64,000 bases of DNA from Octopus bimaculoides (Eukaryota), in NCBI RefSeq assembly GCF_001194135.2, contig NC_068981.1:13906061-13970060 (forward strand), written 5' to 3'. The translations under genes and the position numbers were made by a program. Shown piece after piece: positions 53,658-64,000 of this stretch; the stretch's first letter is position 1; each line of letters begins with the position of its first letter. The notes under the pieces are model-generated. The model was not told where the DNA came from and did not search any database. It saw only the letters and a list, made by a program, of their open reading frames with translations.

Positions 53658-54545
53658 ACGCCGGATAAAATGTTTAGCAACAATTCTTCCAGTTTCCGTT
53701 CTGAGTTCAAACTCCACCGACGTCGACTTTGGCTCTCATCCTTTCAGCGTCGATAAAATAAGAACCAAATTATCTTAAATATTGAAGTTGATGCAACTGT
53801 CAATAAATCTCAAGAAAATTTTCGTTCTTTTGACTTTCAAAGGCGATGAGATCACTTTATGTTTACATCTGGGACAAGATGTGTTCAACATGGTCTTAGA
53901 TCAGTGCAATTCCTCGACTGGCTGCACATGGAGGTCTTCCTCTATCACGAGTCGAGTGTCGTCCTAATTTGTCATTTGCATGGCGTCTTTTCATGTTTGT
54001 CTTTTATTTGATTCTCTCATTACATTGTGGAGGCGCTGGGACACCGTCTTGAAGAATTTTAGTCGAACAAATCAACCTCAATAATTGTTTTTGTTTTTAA
54101 GCCTGGCACTTATGATGTCATTCTCTTTTGCCGAAACGCTAGTTTAGGGGATGTAAGCACACCAAAACCGTTTGTCAAGTGGTGATGGAGGAAATCAAAT
54201 ACAAAGACAAGCAAACATACACACACACTCACATACATACATACAAACATACATACACTACTGATCCCTTTGAATGAACCGGGTATGAAATTAATATCTA
54301 CACACTATCCATTTGTAATAACAAAATATGAACACCTATCGGAATTTACATGCCATGGACAAGAAACCTCTTTTACCCATCCTACACAGCATATTACTTG
54401 GATAATGGAACTGCAACTGTAACATTCAACATAGATTTTTATTTTTATTCTCATATTTCCCTGTATTCTTCCTATATCCCTCCCTTTCCAAAATAACTTC
54501 TTATATTGAACTCTATTATTTCCTTCTATTTAACTTTCCCATATC

Positions 54546-54593
54546 GTCTCTTATGAGGGGATATTTTTTATATCCCTGAAACAGCTTTAGGAC
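54546..54593 (+). ncRNA. Degenerate minimal hammerhead motif (Penelope-type)
   Basis: Reads tct CUUAUGA ggggata-loop-tatccct GAAA cagct UUA gga. Core G5 is mutated to U, so it is likely inactive. Confidence 0.55.
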
Positions 54594-54799
54594 TACCTTT
54601 CTCTTTATAAATGTCCTAGAAATCTCACACTCCCTTGGCTTTTTTGTCTCATTTTATTCAACATACGTAGAAGCTCACGCACGACCCGCGTTAGACTCCT
54701 CACTCATACAATTATCGAACCGGGTGTTTTACTACGTTCCTCCTGTACCACTTACATAGCATTACCTCCCTTTTGATTCTTCTAGATACCAAAACCTCT

Positions 54800-54831
<32 letters not shown>

Positions 54832-55169
54832 TGTATTCATGCATGTATGTATGTATGTATGTATTCATGCATGTATGTATGCCGGGCGACTTTCAGTTAC
54901 AGTGTGCCAAATCCTCTCTCAAAGTTTTGGTCACCCCGAAGCTATAGTATAAGATATTTAACCAAGCTATCACACAGTGGTACTGAACCCGGAAGCATAA
55001 GGCTGGAAAGCAAACTTCTTACCACGCACTCACACATGTATATTTATATCTCATGCCTCTTTTTCTTTCGCAATTTTGTACGTATAACTCCACATTTTTA
55101 TGTCTGTGTTAGAAATCGTTTCTCTGCCTATCAATTTCGTGGATGATAAACTCGTCGAAAAATATATTT

Positions 55170-55528
55170 CGTTATTTATTTCGACTGGTTACATATCATG
55201 TCCAAAACATACCGCTGTCATGTTTGGCTTTCATCTTTTCGGGATCGATAGAGTAACAGTGAAATATAGAGCGCAGTGTAATCAACTAATGTTTTCCGCT
55301 AAAATTGCTGGCCTTGTGAAAATATTGAAGTCATAAAGTATTGAGTTGGCACAAATGCTAGAACGTCGGAAAAATGCTTTGCAGTATATTCTCCGACTCA
55401 TTACGTTTTGAGCTGAAAATCCGCCGAGATCGAATTCATTGTTTGAAATTGGGGAACGATAAAAAATACACCAGTAATCGACTAAAACCCTCTCTCATAA
55501 ATTATTAGGTTTGTGCCAAAAAATTGAA

Positions 55529-55591
<63 letters not shown>

Positions 55592-56430
55592 ATTCGCAGG
55601 GCGGGCGAAATGCTTAGCGGTATTTCGTCTGCCGCTACATTCTGTGTCCAAATTCCGCCGAGATCGACCTTGCCTTTCTAGAAGGATCATTATTATTATT
55701 ATTATTATTGTTGTTGTTGTTGTTGTTGTTGTTGTTATTAAGGCGTCAAGGTAGCTGAATCGTCAGCATGCCGGGCGAAATACTTAACGGCATTTCGTCC
55801 GTCATTATGTTCTGGGTTCAAATTTCGCCGAGGTCGATTTTGTATTACATCCCTTAGGATTCGATAAAATAAATACCAGTTGATCGATGCAATCGACGTA
55901 CCTCCTCCCCGAAGTTTCAGGCCACGTGCCAAAATTTGAAAGAATTATTATTGTTATTGTTATTATTATTATTATCATTATTATTATTGCGGTGAGATAG
56001 CTGAATACTTACCACACCGGGCGAAATGCTTAGCGGCATTTTGTCCGTTTTTATGTTCTGAGTTCAAATTCCACCGAGGTCTACTTTACGTTTCATTCAA
56101 TAGAGTTCGATAAAATATCTACCAACAGATAACTGGGGTCGAATCAACCCCGCCCGAAAAATAACCGCCCATGTGCATGAAGTAGAAAGGATTATTATTA
56201 GCTAGCAGAAATGTTAGCAGGCCGGGCGAAATGCTTAACGGTATTTCGTCTGCCGTTATGTTCTGAGTTCAAATTCTGCCGCGGTCCACTTTGCTTTTCA
56301 TCCTTTCGGGGTCGATAAATTAAGCACCAGTTACGCACTGGGGTCGATGTAATCGACTTAATCCCTTTGTCTGTCCTTGCTTGTCCCCTCTATGTTTAGC
56401 CCCTTGTGGGCAATACAGAATTATTATTAT
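55170..56430 (+). mobile_element. Head-to-tail cluster of about six SINE family C copies separated by (ATT)/(GTT) tracts
   Basis: Repeated gggcgaaatgcttagcggtatttcgtc…gagttcaaattccgccgagg units near 55350, 55600, 55770, 56015 and 56220, plus a 3' piece at 55200. Confidence 0.85.
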
Positions 56431-56436
56431 TATTAT

Positions 56437-56500
<64 letters not shown>

Positions 56501-56949
56501 AATAGCAGCAGCAGCAGCAGCAGCAACAACAAGTAGTGTTCGTAATGTATTCACCATGAAAATCATCATCATTGTCATAGTCATTATTATCTTTTCAAAC
56601 ATCAGTTTAAATATGGTTATCGCAGACAAAATTTGCAGAAAGTCATAGAATATCGTAAAATGTATTTAAAGTTAAATTAAATTTACAGATGAAATGATTT
56701 TCTATATGAACTCATCAATTATGTAAAAGCCACTTGTATTTAATCAAACGACTTTTCTTAATAGGTTTTAGGAATTTGCAAAAGCTATTGCTTTATGATT
56801 TTTGTTGGTGGTGGTGATTTGTTTGTTTGTTTGTTTTTCTTTTTGTATTTGGAGCGTAATTCTAAAATGTCTCTTTACTGATTACGCGAAATTCAACTTT
56901 GAACAGAGTTTGAACATAAGAATATAATTATTTTATCTACGATAGAGAA

Positions 56950-57729
56950 AAACATGAAGGATGATTGCAGTGATTTTTTTCTTTTTTTTTTCTTTTTTTT
57001 CTTAGTTAAACTACAAGTAATGCTGGCGGTGGTAGCTATCATGATGCTGGAGATGGATGATGATAATGAAAGAGGCGGATGAGGATGACGAGTAGTGGTG
57101 GTGATGATGAAGACGATGACAAGGATGGCTGTGGTGATGAGGATGATGATGATGAAGAGGAGGAGCATGGATGAAGGAGTTTATGATCGCTGTGTTGGTG
57201 ATGAACGAAGTTAGTGGAGATGGTGATGAACGAAGATGGTGCTACTGCTGATGATGACGGCTGAGGACTGGAGGATGATGATGAGAATGGTGGGGATGGT
57301 CATGGAGGAGAATGGTGATGTTGAGGATTACAAAGGGCAGAGAATAAGTGATGATGATGAGAAAAATGCACAGCCGCTTTTCATCCCCCGCCAAAAAGAT
57401 ATGAACAGCGTCCCAATGTTGACCTACCCATGTAGTCGTACATCGAAGACTGCGACATTATCTAAATATGTCCTTCCAATATTTAAGGCGGAATGTTAGC
57501 TTTTTAGGGAGATTCAGCTTCACTTTCTAGCCGCTCTGGCTTCCTCTTTAGCTGTTTGTTGTTGCTACTACTACTAGCAATGGTGGTGGTGGTGATGGTG
57601 GCGAGTAGTGAAAATAATGGCGTGTACGATGGCGAAGGTAAGCATGTGGCTGTTTCTACTGCTGCAGATAAATATCGTAGTTGTGATGGTGGTTTCGTGC
57701 TTGTGGTGGTGTAGGTGGTGGCAGTTGTA

Positions 57730-57785
<56 letters not shown>

Positions 57786-57850
57786 CATGCCGCTAATGGT
57801 TATTTCCATGCTGATGTTAATGCTGTAGTTGTGATGATAATGGTATAGTT
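56950..57850. repeat. Degenerate (GAT/GGT/GAG)n low-complexity region
   Basis: Cryptic trinucleotide repeats; the overlapping ORFs are compositional. Confidence 0.85.
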
Positions 57851-58788
57851 ATATTGATGAAAAATAAGCTTATGACCAGTTAGGATATGATAGTTTGCTT
57901 TCATCTTTGTACGCATGCACCTTTATTTCACATTCATTTTCCATTAATTTAACCTCGAATATTATCACTAATTCACCATATCATTTACCAGAATTTCGTG
58001 ATCACGTGATGTAGCGGAAAATATTTTTCGAATATTGCGATAAACAAATGGTTTATTAATGATAAACTGACATGGTGTGTGGATGATAACTCTTGTTATA
58101 GATTTAATATTTCTTTCCTTTTACCCCCTCCCCCTTTTTCCCACTCTATTTCTCTCTCTCTCTCTCTCTCTCTCGTTCTCTCTACCCCCTCTCTCTCAAA
58201 CACATGCACAGACACACTCATTCCTTCAGTCTCAGAATTTTCCCACTTTCAATCTCTGCCTGCCCTACTCTTTCATGTCATCTCTTTTGAATTAACTAAA
58301 ACTATAAAATTATCAGAGATAAACATTTTAGAAATGAAAGGACAAAGATAATTCCTCATAATATATAGCCATGTTGTTAAGAGGTTCAGTGCAAAATAAA
58401 TTGGTCCTGGGTTCCAATCCTATTACACACCATCTTCGTCAAAATTCCATTCAAAAAGTCTCTAGCCAGAATAAAGCATTGTAAAAGTTATATCAACCAT
58501 TTCAAAGATGGCCCATGCATTAGTTTTTGTTAGCCGTACAGAACCATGTGACTTGAGGAAGATATAACTGCAGAATATTTAGATCTGTCGATTTACGATT
58601 TCTATAAGCATTTTCCGGCATGTGGGGGCATGTGGGCTGGTCAGCACACCCATTATATGTAGATTGTCTCGTAGTGATGTTACTTCAACAAACTGCTGTT
58701 GTCTTCTTAAATATCGCAATGAGCGAGTAGCGACAGAGAGAATGTAGTTCTTACAAATGCGTTTTACACAAATGCATAAAGACAGAAA

Positions 58789-58835
<47 letters not shown>

Positions 58836-59264
58836 GTATCTATGTATCTATATGTATCTATGTATCTATATATGTATTTATGTATCTATCTATCTATCTA
58901 TCTAGCTAGCTATATGTGTGTGCGTGAATGAAAATATACGACTGTGTGTTTGTGTATATGTATATATATATATATATNNNNNNNNNNNNNNNNNNNNNNN
59001 NNNNNNNNNNNNNNNNNNNNNNNNNNNNNNNNNNNNNNNNNNNNNNNNNNNNNNNNNNNNNNNNNNNNNNNNNNNNNNNNNNNNNNNNNNNNNNNNNNNN
59101 NNNNNNNNNNNNNNNNNNNNNNNNNNNNNNNNNNNNNNNNNNNNNNNNNNNNNNNNNNNNNNNNNNNNNNNNNNNNNNNNNNNNNNNNNNNNNNNNNNNN
59201 NNNNNNNNNNNNNNNNNNNNNNNNNNNNNNNNNNNNNNNNNNNNNNNNNNNNNNNNNNNNNNNN

Positions 59265-59321
<57 letters not shown>

Positions 59322-59439
59322 TGCATGCTTACATACAAACTAATATATAGTGACATGCTTACATACATGAATATTTAAATGTGCGTATACAAATTTCCTC
59401 GTGACTTTTCCAGTACTATAGTTGCTTTGCTTATTTCTT

Positions 59440-59665
59440 TACTACCCACAAGGGGATAAACACAAAGGGGACAAGCAAGGACAGACAAACGGATTAAGTC
59501 GATTGTATCGATCCCAGTGCGTAACTGGTATTTATTTAATCGACCTCGAAAGGATGAAAGGCAAAGTCAACCTCGGCGAAATTTGAACTCAGAACGTAGC
59601 GGAAGACGAAATAGCGCTAAGCATTTCGCCCGGTGTGCTAACGTTTCTGCCAGCTCGTCGCCTTT
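59440..59665 (-). mobile_element. SINE family C, full length, young
   Basis: Near-exact reverse complement of 56200-56425. Confidence 0.9.
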
Positions 59666-59855
59666 GCGTTTCTGCACAGTTCCAGTGTTGTAACATCGTT
59701 TTGTTATGTTTGCCAATATACATAGTGTTTCTATTTGGTCGACTATGAAATTGGTAGAGATTGCACTGCTTCGTTTGCAGTATTTTACACATGCATCATC
59801 CTGTAATATAACAATGCAATTATATGCTTTCTATAAGCCTTTGCGAACATTTTTA

Positions 59856-60238
59856 GATAGGAGTGGCTGCGATGTAAGTAACTTGCTTATCAACCACATA
59901 ATTCCGGGTTCAGTCCCACTGCGTGACACCTTGGGCAAGTGTCTTCTACTATAGCCTCAGGCCGACCAAAGCCTTGTGAGTCGATTTGGTAGACGGAAAC
60001 TGAAAGAAGCCCGTCGTATATATATATATGTTTGTCTGTCTGTGTTTGTCAATCCAACATCGCTTGACAACCGATGTTGGTGTGTTTTCGTCCCTGTAAC
60101 ATAGCGGTTCGGCAAAAAGAGACCGATAGAATAAGTACTAGGCTTACAAAGGATAAGTCCTGGGGTCGATTTGTTCGACTAAAGGTGGTGCTCCAGCATG
60201 GCCACAGCTAAATGACTGAAACAAGTAAAGGAGTAAAA
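59856..60238 (+). mobile_element. tRNA-type SINE family B, full length
   Basis: A box (gagtggctgcgatgtaag), B box (gggttcagtcc), internal TA/GT tract, 3' end …gactgaaacaagtaaaggag. Confidence 0.9.
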
Positions 60239-60249
60239 TAATACAGTTT

Positions 60250-61400
60250 AAGCGCGACATTTAGCCTGCTGCAGAGACGTATAGGCCAAACTGTTGGTGA
60301 ATAGGTTTCTGAATATGAGACCAAGTAGCAGAGTTCATTCCATTCAACTTTTTTTGTTCAGTCTTGTATGCCATATTTAAAAAAAAAGCGATTTTCTGTA
60401 AACATCCATTTATATGAAATGATATTTGGGTCTTGTCAGCTTTACATTGCTCAGAAGCATTGTTCTGGTCTTTGAATTTGGTTTTAAATTTGTATATTTT
60501 GTAGGGAAAAACATCGTTTAGAATGTCCGCAGTTTCTAGTTAGAGCATGTTTACGAACCGTAGTCCAGAACAAACGCTTACTCTAGTTGTTTTTATTATT
60601 ATTCTCAGTAACTGGGATCTTGACAGTTTATAACAAAGTTTGTGAGTCTGAATTTATTTAGAGAAGTATGCAGGCATAGTTCTGCGCAGATCACGAACCT
60701 TCTTAGAGATTGCAACTATTTACCTGTTTGAATTGAATTAGAACAGTTATTGGTGATTATTTTTCTGCAAGGGAGGGTAAAAGAATTTGCCACAGCTCTT
60801 TTGGAAGTGCACAAATCTCATTCTATCTGTTGAACTTAAGTTTATCTCTATAGTGCCAACAAGCTCACTGTAGCTTATTGAGTAGTTTTTATCTATGTCT
60901 GTCAGCAATAGGAGAAACAACTTAGGACCAAGATTGTGCCGAGTAGTAATTCCATTTTCGATTTAGGTAATAAGCACAGACGTTCCGCGTAAACCTCCTT
61001 TGATCTAAAACAGAATTCCAATATTCCAATCTTGCTAATGTCCATCAATTTATACTACAAAATTCTATGGTTGACTGTGTTGAAGTTTTTGCCGCAGTTA
61101 ACACATGTGCAGTAAAACTCCTGATCAGAATAATAAGTCCTTTAGAGTTTGCTTGTATTTAGTAGATGTATTGAACCGATCCTCCCTGGGCGAATTGATT
61201 GCTGATGAAAAGCAACTGCTGTTCAAAATTTTTTATTAGAAAACTGCATAAAATAATCTACAACAGTTTGAGAAAGTGCGATGCTGGTGGTAAAAGTCTG
61301 CAATGGTTTGTCTTTATTTCACTGCCACATTAATAAATCGGTCATATTACTACCTCTGGCATTCCTTGCAGCAGTGTAGAACACTACTGAGGGAGCTAGC
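60250..61400 (-). mobile_element. CR1/Crack-type LINE RT relic
   Basis: Broken minus-strand frames include KNFNTVNHRIL..KL (cf. AFD.V.H..LL.KL) and GTILGPKLFLLLLTDID (cf. QG.VLGP.LF..YINDI). Confidence 0.7.
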
Positions 61401-62162
61401 TGTGTGCAAATATAGTGTTGAAAGGATGAGTTTGAATATCAATAATTGAGTTTGCTTAGTTTTATTCGATTACATTTTAGTGTTTAAAATATTTAAAAAA
61501 ATACTTGAATGCAATCGTATAAGAGAAGATGACAGACGTTAACAGAAAATACCATACTGAAGGTTATCATACAAAAGTGTGACTATTTCATGAATTATGG
61601 TGAGATATGTCAAATTTCTTACAATGTATGTTTCTTGCGAAAACAAAAGTAATGTAATCAAAAGGACAATTTCCTGATATCTGTTGATAGTCTTTTACAT
61701 AACATACGTCAAAAACAATCAAATAGCGTGGTAACTTGGATGGCACGAAAAGTGTGTGTTCTATATATTTATATATGATTGTATATTAAATTTTACAGAC
61801 ATCATGGTACATACAATTTTGTATATATGAGTAAGTTTTTCATATACAGATAGGTAGATAGACAGACAGATATACAACTTACAGATAGACAGACAGACAA
61901 ATAGATAGATGGATGGATGGATAGACGTGTGTATTAAATTGAGATTATTATTTGAAAGCAAGTTTAAGGAATACAATGGAACATTTTCCGACTGAATGAC
62001 ATAGTGTCACAATTTTGAGAGTAGACTGAAAACTATTATACGTTTTGAAAGGAATTAACGTCACACGTGACGGCTTTTACACACAACCTGTCGGTGAATG
62101 TATATATATATATATTCATTTATTCTTTTATTCTATTACTTGTTTCAGTCATATGACTGTGG

Positions 62163-62223
<61 letters not shown>

Positions 62224-62446
62224 AATATGGGGGTTTCGTTCACATTGTGATCTAAACGATTAGGCACGCTAGGTAAGTGCTGTAACGTTTTACTGGGACT
62301 TCAATGTTATAGCCGAAACGGTAGTTATGGAGCCATTGTGGATTTCCGATGCAGTGAATATATTATTGTTAAACAGGACGTCAAACATTAAGGCAAGGCA
62401 AACGTCTCAAGTCATATTCAATATTATTATTCGAAGAAATTTGAAA

Positions 62447-62500
62447 TCTTACAACTATTTCTGGGATAACCCCGAGTATTGGCTATTTCGTCATCAGAGA
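62447..62500 (-). ncRNA. Minimal hammerhead motif (Penelope-type), intact core boxes
   Basis: Minus strand: tct CUGAUGA …atagcc-aatactcgg-ggttat… GAAA uaguu GUA aga. Stem I is tct/aga; stem III is weakened. Confidence 0.65.
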
Positions 62501-62799
62501 CAAACAGAAGAAAAAGAAATATGGAAAATGAGAACGGTATATATCAATAAGATGATAACAAAGAGGAAGGGAGTTAAAGAATAAGGTGATGGAAAGAGAG
62601 AAGAAAAACGAAGCATAAATGTTCGTAGTTCAACTTGCCGAAGTTATCGAAACCAAAACATGAGTTCGTAGGTGCAATCCTGCGTAGATCTATGAGCGTA
62701 AGTCCTCAGGTGCAATTCTGCGTATATCCATGCGGGATAAAGCCCTGATAGAGTAGACATACCGAGAAAAAGACGCGAACATATCGACGTTCAATAAGA

Positions 62800-63460
62800 G
62801 AATGGTAGCGGTGGTGGCTGTTAATTGGTAAAAGTAAAGAAAAGATATAGAAAGAGAGGTAGAGGGGGATCTAAGGATTGGCTATCGGATAAAGTAAGGT
62901 GCATATGTGTATGATGTCTAAGAATTTTGAACGGCGTAGCCGAGAAGATAAGTGAGAGGATGAGGAGGTAGGGGAAGATAGTGTAAAACAATAGAGCGAA
63001 ATGAAAAGAATTTAAAGAGAGAAATTTAGAAGTAATTGCTTGTCTCAGCAATTGCTAAGGTCAGTGGCTGTAAAGTTATTTTTAGCAATGGGGTTAAGTG
63101 TGCGTAGGTAGTCGAGAAAGGCAGACCTAGTTGAATGTTAAGTTATTTATGAGTGTGAGTTAGAGTTAGGGCTTAATAGTAGGGGATTTATTGGGTTAAG
63201 GTTTAAAAATAAATTATGGATAAATTAAAGAATTAATATTTATCTCATAGTGTGGTGAGGCAAGGTAGATAGAAGAGAGGTAAGGTAGAAATAAAAGTTA
63301 CAGAGATATAGAAGGGGTATGTGTTAATGATCATAAGGGTTTGTATGTGGGTGCAATTCGTGGTGGGAGGCTTACATTTAGATTTATGAGAGATTTTAAA
63401 CGTGTGGAATAATTTGTGCTTAGGCGTTGTGAAGGCTTCGTTGTAATTGTTAAGCAATTG
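62800..63460 (-). mobile_element. Probable old LINE relic
   Basis: Strong strand skew and broken frames; no diagnostic motif read. Confidence 0.35.
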
Positions 63461-63835
63461 TAGTTAGGTGTGGGCTAGAATTTTCAGGGTTTCTTTTCAG
63501 CAGAGTTCACAACTGGAGTGTTGGCCCTGATATGGGGTACCCGAATCTACTGTAGTCCAGAAAGGACTTATGTGTATGTGGCTGGCTAGTGACGTGGAAT
63601 TGATATTCTCTTTATATTAAAACCAGTTTATACTCGTTGACCTGTTCGCGATTTTTTCATGGATGTCTACAATATCAAGGAATTTAACCCACATGGATTT
63701 ACGCAGACTCATGCTCTAGTTTCTCTATTCGCGGGAAATTGAACTATGAAATTGTATACTTCTTTTTTCTTCTCTCTTTACATCTCCTTATTTTTTTATG
63801 CCTTTCCTCTACGTTCTCATTTCCATATTTTTCCC

Positions 63836-63892
63836 CTCTTCTGATGACGGATTATCCCATACTCTGGGAAATCCCTGAAACAGCTGTAAGAT
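63836..63892 (+). ncRNA. Minimal type-I hammerhead ribozyme motif (Penelope-type)
   Basis: CUGAUGA at 63841-47; stem II ggatt-a-tccca/tactc/tgggaaatcc (10 bp, one bulge); GAAA at 63877-80; C-AGCU-G palindromic stem III; GUA cleavage triplet. Confidence 0.75.
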
Positions 63893-64000
63893 TTTGAATT
63901 TCCTCCTATAATAATATTGAATATGACTTGAGAGGTTTGCCTTGCTTTAATGTTTGGCGTCTTGTTTAACAATTATATATATATATATATATATATATAT

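Noticed and set aside
58500-58730. Minus frame …TCRKMLIEIVNRQ as a candidate upstream exon
   Set aside because: No donor site and no ATD motif.
780-59378. Long ORF-track entries with X runs or YI/HT/CV/poly-L/I/N repeats
   Set aside because: They span N-gaps or TA, CA and AAT microsatellites and are not genes.

Overview
Eukaryotic, AT-rich, microsatellite-dense scaffold with 12 N-gaps. Its repeat families resemble those I recognise from Octopus; the species is an inference. Nearly all of the window is intronic sequence of one minus-strand AMPA-type ionotropic glutamate receptor (iGluR) gene. Two consecutive amino-terminal-domain exons are visible, 47554-47607 (ISEVGMNKFGYHYLLGSM) and 1841-2002 (GFINLPLERLKYGGVNLTGFQLL...NWTT). 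Both are phase 0/0 with canonical splice sites and are separated by a ~45.5-kb intron. The introns hold at least three tRNA-type SINE families, R4/Dong-like restriction-endonuclease retrotransposon fragments, CR1/L2-type LINE relics, a deleted mariner, a TTAA-flanked piggyBac-type MITE, Penelope-type minimal hammerhead ribozyme motifs and a 158-bp foldback. Most ORF-track entries are artefacts of microsatellites or N-runs. I found no convincing wholly new multi-gene system. The best leads are the hammerhead motifs (two in inverted orientation), the (TTA)22 tract forming the iGluR splice acceptor next to a TAA-associated retroelement cluster, and the foldback near the 54-nt exon.
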